A DNA stretch of 63,978 nucleotides, filler included, from Dimargaris cristalligena (Eukaryota), in assembly GCA_003614675.1 (NCBI GenBank). It is 4 parts of 4 records of this genome, joined end to end, with 100 filler letters (N's around TTAATTAATTAA, not from the genome) between each part and the next. Parts side by side here need not be neighbours in the genome. Positions count along the whole stretch, not along the records: positions 1 to 16,424 come from ML002849.1; positions 16,525 to 32,943 come from ML002850.1; 2 more parts are not named here. One strand, written 5' to 3'. The notes under the pieces were generated by a model, which saw nothing but the letters and a program-made list of their open reading frames with translations, searched no databases and was not told the DNA's origin. Shown here piece by piece: positions 12,747 to 22,817 of this stretch. Numbering within the stretch: the first letter of the stretch is position 1; the number at the start of each line of letters is the position of its first letter. The translations under genes and the position numbers were made by a program.

Positions 12747-14190
12747 ATGTTTTTACCTACCATTGTTTTCAAGCTTGGCTTGACTGCTGGACTTGCTTGC
12801 TTTATATCCGCTCGGCCTCTTCCTGGCGACACGTCCACTAGCACTTCGTCGGTTGGATTTGTCGAACAAAGTCATTTACGTGCACTTGATGTTATGGCTA
12901 GAAGCGGCCCTGATGAGCAAATATCGCGTGAACCCAATCTGCCAAGCTCGAGCTACTCAGACCCCGACCAGTCTTCATCCGGGTGCTGTAACGAACTGCC
13001 TATGGTCAGCGACTTTCCCTTCCCGGACAATACCCAGTGGGATATTGCCGATGACAACGACGAACTCGGACGCCTGGGAAGGGCACAGCTACTGGAACAG
13101 CAACTGCTTCGAAATGGCTCACTATCTTGAGGAGGATAATGGAGTCGACCCATCGAACGGCTCCGAGGCAGGGCCGACATACGGGTATCCAAATAACCTG
13201 GATGAGGGATCGAATATGGAAAATAGCGACCCCAACTTTGGATCAGATGATTATGATGAATCCTCTATACTCTCCTGTCTAGAAGAAACCGGTATGGAAT
13301 TCGCGGAGTACTGTGATTTAGATGACGGTGTCGATGAATCTTACCCCGCAAGTCTTGATAGCGAGACCGAGAACAAGTATACGGACATTACAGTCGAGTC
13401 ATCGGACATTGAGGCTAGTGAGACCTTATCGGACGGCGAAGGAACAAATAATTTCTTTGAAGCGTGGTTCTTCAAATATGGGGATTCTGATAAAGAGTCT
13501 GATAACCCAGCCGGCTCTGAATATATTTTGAGCGAGGAGGATTGCGATATGGACTCGGATAGTGCAGATATGGGTTACTCGGTCAATGTATCCGATGGTG
13601 AATTTGACCATCCCGCCAGTCCGGAATATATTTCGAGAGAGTATGGTAGCAATATAGATTCGGATTATGTGGAGAACGATCACCCAGCCAATGTCTCCGA
13701 TGTCGAGTACAGTGATACCAAGATATACATGGAAACAATGCCGGAAAAATCCCCAGGCATCGCTAACCAACTTGATGCAGACCTGATATGCGCAAAATGC
13801 AAAAGGGTATTTCAGTATTATCCAAATGCGTTGAAGCACAGGCAGGTCTGTGAGAGCATTGAGTGTCATCATTGTAACAAAAATTTCAACCGGTCAGATG
13901 CGCTCAACAGACACTTGAAAAGGGTTAACTGTACCAAAATTCGGATCTGTAATGTGTGTGGGATTGATTTATCGAAACCAGCCATTTTAGCCAGGCACGA
14001 GGCCATGGATTGTTCTCTTAACGCTTATCCGTGCCATGTGTGTAAAAAGAAATTTAGTGGGGCTGGAGTTTTACGCGCCCACAAGAGTAAGGTTAAAATG
14101 AATGCACCGTATTTGTGTAAGATCTGCCACAAGAATTTTCCAACCCACTGCCATTTAGTACTCCATTTGGAATCGTGCAAGAAGCCCTGA
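12747..14190 (+). CDS. Signal-peptide-bearing acidic zinc-finger protein (5 fingers, 4 of C2HC type), interrupted by an apparent +1 frameshift near 13055-13066; may be a pseudogene or an assembly error
   Basis: ORF 12747-13130 starts MFLPTIVFKLGLTAGLACFISA|RPLP (signal-peptide-like) and stays acidic to ...DIADDND. The +1 frame continues NSDAWEGH... through a D/E/S-rich region into fingers such as CHHCNKNFNRSDALNRHLKRVNC. Joined product is ~480 aa. Confidence 0.75.
13486..13716 (+). repeat. Intragenic 105-bp (35-aa) tandem duplication in the acidic region of the zinc-finger gene
   Basis: SDKESDNPAGSEYILSEEDCDMDSDSADMGYSVNV / SDGEFDHPASPEYISREYGSNIDSDYVENDHPANV / SDVEYSD; units start at 13486, 13591 and 13696. 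Confidence 0.8.
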
Positions 14191-15006
14191 CAAGGTTATG
14201 CTAGTCATTCAGACATTTAGCCACTAATGGTATGTTTACATGATTAAAATGGTAATAAACCTGGCTCTTAATGAGCAATGCCCAATCTAATTCGGCTATC
14301 GAGTGGACCCTCGTCGCAGGTGGGGCTTGGTCCGGTCATAAATTACAAAACGCACAATTGATGAGCTATTTTTTATAATTTTTAAATGGGGTTTACGCCT
14401 AATTAACTATTTATAAAATTTACCAGATATATTAAATATATTAGATCATCAAGGCACACTTAATGGGGTTAAATATTGAGTGAGTTCGGACCATCTGGGA
14501 TAAACCTACAACATACATACATATAGACCCAATATGCCTGTAGCAGTGTGGAATAGGGGACAGTGGGTATAGAGGGGCGTTATCGTTCAAAAAATAATTA
14601 CACTGGCTTATAAAACAGGTGTGGTCCAGCCACGGCCTATAATTAAGCGTAGCCATCAGGATGTCCTGTTCCATGAGTTGACCTTTGCCAATGCTAGTAA
14701 TTTTTACATTAAATTTTTCATACTGTATATTACCGCTGTAATGTCTTAATGGCACTAATATCCCACTTATAGCTACAACAACTAAGGAATGGTATCGCCT
14801 AACAACTAACTAAGATAGGTTAAAAATTGAATGGTGTTACTTTGGAAATGCGAGGTTCGCCAATATTCACAATCAATTTAGCTTAGGCTAATCCTCGGTC
14901 GTTTGGTTATATATTGGTGCTGTATTGCTTTCCTATGGACAGTATGCAAAAAAATAAAATAAGGGGTGCAAAATGATGAGAAACCATTATTGGTCATGAT
15001 TATAGT

Positions 15007-15548
15007 TAAGTAATGTGGTACACTGCAGGTCAAGTTGTGTTGTACTAATGAGCAGTTTAGGCCTTTTTGGCAAAGTTCTGCTTGGCTTAACCCTGAACAC
15101 ACTGAATCTCGTCCTGGATCTTGGCGGTCTAGTTGTCAGGCATGCTGTGGAATCCACTCTTGATGGCTGCGTACATTTGATGTGGTGCCCGAAACATTGG
15201 TCTTTGTCCTGCCCTGGGTTTACTCGGTCTGACACTGGGCCTGGTTGGTGACCCCACAGGCCTACACATTCTTGTTACCGGCCGCACTGCCCATGCCGTG
15301 CTGGACGCCACCAAGGCCTACATTTTATACACTAGGGGTTTGGTTGGGACTGGTCGATATGTTGTGTGGCAGTTAGGTGGTGTGTTGTTTGAGGGATGGG
15401 TGATGTGGGTGGTAGTAATAAGGTACAATGGGCGAAGTAGAATCGATGAGGTTGCCAGGGAAGTGAATGATGTTGATGAGCAGGTGGGCAATAATGGCAA
15501 GAGCAAGAAATGGCACTGCCACTAAGGGGCCAGGTGATACATTATCAT
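15007..15548 (-). pseudogene. Decayed Pro/Arg/Ser-rich ORF with multiple in-frame stops
   Basis: One frame from ATG 15548 links ORF-track pieces 15318-15506 and 15129-15314 and continues TAKIQDEIQCVQG*AKQNFAKKA*. No frameshift is needed, only stop codons. Confidence 0.45.
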
Positions 15549-16103
15549 GGTATAAATGGGATTCTAGTCATCACCAGAATTCACCAATATGAGGGACCAT
15601 TAGTATGGCAAACCTGGTTGGTGCTACTTTTGATCGGTTGTGGTCCTTAATATCCCTATTGAATGACGGGTTTTTGGAACATTAGCCAATGTGTCCTGTA
15701 ATCGCTAATGCCTAAATCTCCTCTAGCTATTGTTCTGTGACTGGTATGATTATTACCTAACTATTATCTAGTGAGAATATGCCACCGAAAGAGATATAGG
15801 AAACTGGAAAAGAAGATTTTAATCCCGCTGCTCCAATTCTCACTGTCATTATATACGCTGCTGCCGATGTAACATCTTATCGGCTTGATTGATTGACCTG
15901 CTAACCAGTATTATCAACAACCATATCACTTAAACATATGCTATCTAAGAAAATACAATAAAATTAATCCCCTGTACACCCTGTAGTCCCCTTCCCATAG
16001 GTATTACATTGGATTTTATGATAGAAATGGCAATATTGTGAAAACAACTCGTAGTGATACACCAGTACAATAGCAATCTCATCCCGAGATTGTAAAAATG
16101 AAT

Positions 16104-16108
16104 AAAAA
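16104..16108 (-). terminator. Pol III T-run terminator of the 5S gene
   Basis: TTTTT on the minus strand at the 5S 3' end. Confidence 0.75.
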
Positions 16109-16225
16109 GTTGTAGCATTGACTATTCCCAAGTGGTCACCCACCTCAGTACTAAATCAACTGATCGGGGCTTATCTTCGCAGATCTAACGGGATACGGAG
16201 CACATCCCGACATATGGCCACAACT
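16108..16225 (-). rRNA. 5S rRNA gene (dispersed copy, 118 nt)
   Basis: Reverse complement AGTTGTGGCCATATGTCGGGATGTGCTCCGTATCCCGTTAGATCTGCGAAGATAAGCCCCGATCAGTTGATTTAGTACTGAGGTGGGTGACCACTTGGGAATAGTCAATGCTACAACT. Helix I pairs (AGTTGTGGC/GCTACAACT) and the conserved TTAGTAC...GGGTGACC...GGGAA internal control region is present. Confidence 0.93.
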
Positions 16226-16424
16226 GAAATTGTTGTGGTAGGACCTGAGACCACTTAGTTAACCATAGTATTCCCTGATTAATCACATATATCCTTTTAT
16301 CAACGAAGTTCTGATTTATTATAGCCTTGCAATATCATAGCAAGTGAGAAATACATCAAATATCATTCGCATTTATATTTGATATCATCATTAGCCAGAT
16401 ATATTCGTAAACTCCTCATTATCT

Positions 16425-16524
16425 NNNNNNNNNNNNNNNNNNNNNNNNNNNNNNNNNNNNNNNNNNNNTTAATTAATTAANNNNNNNNNNNNNNNNNNNN
16501 NNNNNNNNNNNNNNNNNNNNNNNN
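16425..16524. other. Artificial contig spacer
   Basis: N44-TTAATTAATTAA-N44, with stops in all six frames; identical to the other two spacers. Confidence 0.97.
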
Positions 16525-16741
16525 TCCCTTTCCCTTTGCTTAGTCATCCAATCTTCTGGGACCTTCTCTCCCTTTCTCTATTATTCATCTATCTTTTCAT
16601 TTAGGCTTCCTCTTTCAAGTATAAATACTCCCCCTTGCTGCCACCTCTTGGAACAGCAAGTCTATCATCACCTTTCCCTTCTTAGCATCTAACTTTTCAA
16701 ATAAGGTTGAGTTTTCAAGGATTTGAGTTCAGTTCTTTACA
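16525..16741 (+). mobile_element. Possible 3' part of an LTR, truncated by the contig start
   Basis: CpG-free, pyrimidine-rich stretch with a TATAAATA box (~16620) ending in TTTACA at 16741. The other end is not visible. Confidence 0.3.
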
Positions 16742-17456
16742 CTAACTTTAACACCATGGATCTTTAATTATAACACACAATACCATAAGCTTCAATGTAA
16801 CCATCCTACTATGCTGGGACTTAATTTAACTCCAACCACACACCTCTGTATTCATTAGACATTGGCCTACTATATAGGCCACAAACATTACTGGGAAGTA
16901 TTTATATGGCTCTGAAGTGGGCTATGTAACCTGCTTAAATCAAAATGCACCTACATCATTTTAAGTACTTGTGCTATTCCCCAAAGTTATGTATTATAGT
17001 CCTGTTCACCATGTCCAGATATTATTTAAAATCTGGGATATTGTAACTTAGATGATTCATATATGAAAAATATCATTACCGGGACCGGTTTTCTGGGTAA
17101 AAGCCGAACCCATACTTTCTTGGGTTTCATCTATAGTGCCTTAAAGATGGATCGGACATCCCATTAATGACTACTGATCAGGTGGTTGATTTTTCAGGGG
17201 CTTTATTGCGGGTTGTTGGGACAGTAATGTCGATAGAATATCGAGGTTGTCTGTTGGCTGAAACCAGATGGGCTGGAAGCAATACAGGTCATCCCGAGAC
17301 AGTAAAAAAAATATCAGCTGAAGTAGTGAAAAAAAAGCTCACTCGATAATGGAAGATTTACTGTAAGGGGCTGACCGAAGATCAAAAAAAAAATAGCGGA
17401 AATGGACACGGTTGTCATTTGGGGATAAAAAGCTTTGGAAAGTCCCAATCGTTGTA

Positions 17457-18221
17457 TTAACGAGCCAGGCATACTGGTTGGGGCGATGGGGATCGGGACC
17501 CACTGCGCTGATGTGGAACGCGATAGGCCTGGCCCAACTGAATACAATACTCCGGTTTTCCGCTTTGACGACCCTGGAGAGCCATGAAAACTAAAGCGTC
17601 CCAATCGTCAAAGTCGCTCAGTGACGTACGGGCGGCTTTGGACTTGGGCTTGGTTTTAATCTTCGGAAGAGCAAGGAGAGCTGTTTTCGGGTGGGGTTTG
17701 GCCGGACCGTTCGGAGACGCTTTCGACCGAACTGGGGGTACTACAGGTGGCATTTTCAAGGTGTCTTTGACAGGGCGCGGTGTGGGTAGATACGACATTG
17801 GGGGGGTGGGGTTGCGATGTTCGTGGCGATGATGTGATTGATAAGTCTGACGCTGGCTAGAGTTCTTACATTTCGGACTAACCAAGTGGGACGGACGGGG
17901 GGCGGGTTTCGCTTTGGCGGGTATATTTTTAGTATGGGTTAGCGGACCGTCACGCAGAGGGACGGTGTAAATAGCAAGGTTCGTGGAAAAGCTCGGCGTT
18001 ACTCGGGGGGGAAGGGGGAGAGTCGTAAATAACAGCGGCGCGGAGAATTCGGCGCAGAGTGGCGTTATCGGTACCACGACGACGGTGGGGCTAAATTGGA
18101 CGGAGGGTCGGGCGGATCGCTGACGCTTGTGCGGGCGCAGTTCCAGACCAGCGACACATACCAGCTCGGGTCCCCGTCGGCGGCGCCCCGAGGTCACGTG
18201 GGATTCGACGATAGAAACCAT
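17457..18221 (-). CDS. Hypothetical basic Pro-rich protein, intronless, ~254 aa
   Basis: GC-rich open frame from ATG 18221 (MVSIVESH...) inside AT-richer flanks, with a TATA-like element at ~18390. Basic clusters RRRR and RPHKRQR. No family recognised. Confidence 0.55.
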   Translation of the reverse strand: MVSIVESHVTSGRRRRGPELVCVAGLELRPHKRQRSARPSVQFSPTVVVVPITPLCAEFSAPLLFTTLPLPPRVTPSFSTNLAIYTVPLRDGPLTHTKNIPAKAKPAPRPSHLVSPKCKNSSQRQTYQSHHRHEHRNPTPPMSYLPTPRPVKDTLKMPPVVPPVRSKASPNGPAKPHPKTALLALPKIKTKPKSKAARTSLSDFDDWDALVFMALQGRQSGKPEYCIQLGQAYRVPHQRSGSRSPSPQPVCLAR

Positions 18222-21200
18222 GATGAATGACAGCCAAAGGATAAATAAGGGGGGAGTTGATAAATGTATATATATATATATATGTACGTAATACAAGGTG
18301 GGCTATGGGATGATGGCAAAAGGGGCAAGATAAACTATAAATGGAAAGAAAACTCCGGAGAAAAATCGGGGATCTGAGGCCGTTGGATATATATAGATAA
18401 TCGAGTTGGGGAAGGAGGCGGAAATTGCCGGAAATCGATAGTGGTAGAGGGGTGCGCTTTATGTGCGGGACATGTAGGTGTAAAGGGTGGGGTTTGGCAG
18501 GATGGGAGGGAGGCAGTGGGAAAGTGATAGGGAATTCTATTCAGGAGACGTAGTTGTTTGCAGGAGTGGCTGACGCAGCACTGAGTGGAAATATACAAGA
18601 GGGGGTAGGTTTACAATGGATACGAAGCAAGTTTAAATAATATTTGACATTGGTGGAGGTAGGTGAGTGTGCAAGGGCTCAAATGGAAGGTGGCAATGCG
18701 ATGCGATTACAGTAGCAATTACAACGAGGTGCGTAACAGATATCAAATTATCGAACAGGTCGGGATTTTTTGTCGGGGGATATTATGTCAAATAATAGGG
18801 GTGAATGAAAGTGGATCAATACGGCATTAAATGGGGGCATTAAATAGGGGCGGTTTTTACAGACATTAAATGGGAGAGTTAGGAAAGTGGTTAGTTAAGA
18901 AGGTTCGTTAAATGGAAGGTTGGATAGTTAAGGATAATAACCGGGACTAAGAGACAAGAGAAACAACGATTAGAAAGGTCTGGTATTAACAATAATTAAA
19001 ACCATCGACATAAAAGTGGGAGACTACTGTTAGGCTTCATAAAGCCGCTGCTTTGAGGAAAAACCTCCTGGAGGGTTAGTCCTTGGGCCTGGTATTTATA
19101 CCATAACACACCTGGTCAGTAATCCATGTACTCTCCGTACGTTGTTCACTCTCCCCCATCCAACACTGGCAATCTGCCAGTGCTGATAAAGCTTAGAGCG
19201 CGTCGGCTCGACTGTTTGTCGGCACCCTTACCCAAACCAGTCCAGAATGACCCTGGTGAATGAATCGACATCATACTGTCCAAGGGGTGTATATCTATGA
19301 AGGGGGGTGGGTGACTATGTCGTATCTACTGGAGAGTGGCCCTGGGAGTGTGTGTCCTGATCCGTCGGTTTAACTACCGCCATAAAGGCCCAGATGGAAA
19401 TCAGCCGAATAGAATGTGTTAGTGTGAGTAGGCTGGCTGAACCCACACGGAATCATATGGAGGCAAAGGGGCCAAGGTGGTATTCATACTGGGGGGGTAG
19501 GGTGATCAGTTGGAGGTAGACGGAACCAGTGCTGCCCTGGGGATGATCACTGCATTCCCTTAAAACACCCTAGCCCAGTAGTGAGGCGGAGGGGAAGGAA
19601 CAGTGTTCAAACGACTTTCCTTCTCACCCACACCCGTACCCGCACACCCCCGATATACACACCCACCCACCCATTTATATATATCCATCCACGCCGACAC
19701 TGGCATCCACCCGTATTCCCCCTCCTCCATCCTTCATCTTCACACTAGGGCAGAATAAAAGGAGAGAACGTAAATGAAGGATGTGATAAATTGGGATTAG
19801 TATTGCGGTGAGTAGTTTTAGAGAGTGCGGGCTTCCCAATAGAATACCAACGAAGGTGAATAATGCCCTAACCTAACCGCCTCGATAGCTAATCAGTCCA
19901 GGCCGTGGGACTGCTATGTAAAGGCGCCGATGCCTAATCACTCCGGGACCCCTTAACTGCGTTTTTCCCATTAGAGGACTGTACTAGCTGCTCTCCTAGG
20001 GCACCTTCCATTCATCCGTTCTAGTGCCTTAATGCTAGGTCAACATTAGGTGAGCGCGGCAGTATTCACTCGCCCATCTGGCGCTATGACTGCTCATGGC
20101 CACGATTACAGCTGATCCGGCCATATCAAGTATTGCCCAAACCAGCTGCAATTTTAACTCAGACAAGAAGAAAAACAACAATAAAACAGCATTATAATGC
20201 CAAGGAGTAGTTACGTGTGAATGTTGGGATGCGGCGCCATAGGCATGAAGCTCTAATCTCTACCCCTTGCCAATATGAAACACTCCTTTAAGCAGAGGCG
20301 GATTTGGATACACAAGCACATACTATGAACGTGAAGAATAGACATGCTTGCCAGACTTGGGTATGTTTAGGTTGGTGTAAACCGCCATCCACACCTTCAT
20401 CTTTGCGTATCAGTACCTCTTTCAATGTACATGGTTTTAATACATCCGCACGAAACATTCGGGTGAATTCCGCCCGACATTTCTATTCATCCTCACGAAT
20501 ATGTACCAAAATTTACCCAACACAAATCCTACTCGACGCGCCCTATAATTATCAAAATATATTCATAGAGGCCATTCCCAAAGCTAGCCATCATTGGACT
20601 GAGCACCACCTCACCAACCCATAATAGTACCCTGAGCGGCAATATTCGTTAGCATTTGACATCACAAGCAACTGTTGGCCGAGGCTGTCTCCTTCACATT
20701 CACTCATAAGCAGGACTGTGTTCAGTTTGGTTGTGGCCCTTGGATTATCCTAGTGTGTTGGATATCCCCACTAACCTAAACACCAGAACATATTGACATC
20801 CCGTTGGTGGTATTTATTTATTTACTGTTTACAATTACCGACCCAAGAGGCGGTGAGTGTGCAATGGCCTAAATGCCAAATAGCGTATAGTAAACCACTT
20901 TCCCTTAAAGGCGCAACTAATAATAGTATATTGGTGCACTAAAAAATGGGATCGACCATGATTGATCGGACCCATGGTAATGTAGTTCATATTCCTCGCA
21001 CCTCACTGATATTCGACGTATTCCACATTACTTGGGTACGAAGAGTGAATGCTATACGAACAAACAGCCAGTATCAGAACCGATAATCACGACGCGTCCT
21101 CAAAGCTGCGGTATAACCAATCACACTAGTACTACCAGTCTAAAGGTACGATGTTTCTTATTGTATGACGCTTGAGGCTGGATCCGCTGAGCTGGTTTAA

Positions 21201-22673
21201 AGGATGCAGCGCCCAGGGGGGGTGATTCTAGCTGATAGGCAGCTGCTGATAGTGGGTAATTCAATGATCGATGTAACCTCCGAATACCCACTTGCCGGAG
21301 CAACCGAATATGCCATACTCGGGTTACATGGGTTGTAATGCCGTTCAGCGGTCAATAACTTGCCCTTGCTAGTGGGTGAGTGCCCCCACGTGGGTATACT
21401 TTTATTAGTATTTAAAAATGCAAACGTGACAGGGTTAAGCAGCTCTATAGATAAATAAATGCTATATTATGTTTAAATCCGGCCGAATCGTAGGAAGGTG
21501 AGGGAGGGGGTAATCAACAAGACGAGTTGGGACGGTCGCGATGGGAAAAACGTATTCGGGGGTTTGGTATCCGTATTTCAATGACGACCGGCTAATCGGC
21601 CCACCTATTTCGCCAGCTCATCAGCAGATGGACGTTCCGGGTAGATAAAGTACAGGAACAGGTAATAATTAGTTTGGATGCTCTAATCGGGCTGCCTATC
21701 ACCAAAATAGTACTAGTATGCAGTGTCAGTTCATTTACCAACGTATAGAATTGGGGAAGGGGGGTGGCTATTTTAGGCTGGAGATGATATTCATTGTTCT
21801 CTCACACCAGTATCCACCACCCCGCCGTGTCACCCGTTCCCCGGAGCAAGGTTAAAATGCGTAGGGGGTCTAGATCGGCCGTAGTCCGGCCGGTTTGCTG
21901 CACTACAGTTGGGGGGTTCCACCAGTTTTAGGTTATTTTGACCCCCCCCGCACACACTTAACCATACCCCAATACTCGCACAGACACCCATTTTTACCCC
22001 CACTATCTTAAAATCGAATTGTATAAATTTAGCCGACATATCACCCGAAGTCTTGAATTAGTCAACAGATCCGTACCCAGTCGACCGAATCAACTGGTGC
22101 GAGCATATTTATGTAATATTGTTTATCGCTAACCCTGTTACATATAAAACACCATGATATTTACCGGTTAGTGTCAAATATTAGGCAAAAACGGAAACCG
22201 GATTATTATATGGGGCGGACCAACCGCCGGGGGATATAACACGCAAGCAATATAGCTACATTCTGGTACCACTCGGGCGAAGGCAACCATTTGGAGGATG
22301 GGTGGGTGTTAGTGCAGCGTGATTTTTTAAACCTTCTACTGAAGGAGTTGGCATCTGGCTGACTACCTCTTAGGGCTTGGGGGCATTTTCACCGATCAAA
22401 TGTTTTTAGCATCATTAAAAAAATAATATGACAGGGTAGAAAATGACCCTGCCAACACGAATCCTAACATCTAGCCAATCCACTCTTCGTTTAAATACCA
22501 ATCAATTGGAGATGTTGTCACTTGTTCAACAGAGCAAATGAGTTATGGCATCAACTATTGCCAAGTAGTCTTCCGTCTTCGTACTAAATTAACTGGTGTA
22601 TACTTAATTTCGCAGATCCAACGGAATACGTTGCTTGGATGCACAGTTGGCCATATTTATATATTATCCATTG

Positions 22674-22817
22674 ATATGATAGAAGTTCAACTGAGCTGTG
22701 TAACAAATAATCCGCTGGATAGGGAAAATGCTACTGATTGAAAATAAATATCCCGTCTATTTTCACATACATATAGAAAATAACATCTTATACCGCTGGG
22801 TCGCATTTAACCTATAT
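22674..22817. mobile_element. MITE family copy 2 (diverged)
   Basis: ATATGATAGAAGTTCAACTGAGCTGTGTAAC...GCTACTGATTGAAAATAAATATCCC...TTATACCGCTGGG; colinear with the copy at 32818. Confidence 0.7.

Noticed and set aside
16469..16480. TTAATTAATTAA palindrome recurring three times at a fixed period
   Set aside because: Synthetic six-frame-stop linker, not biology.
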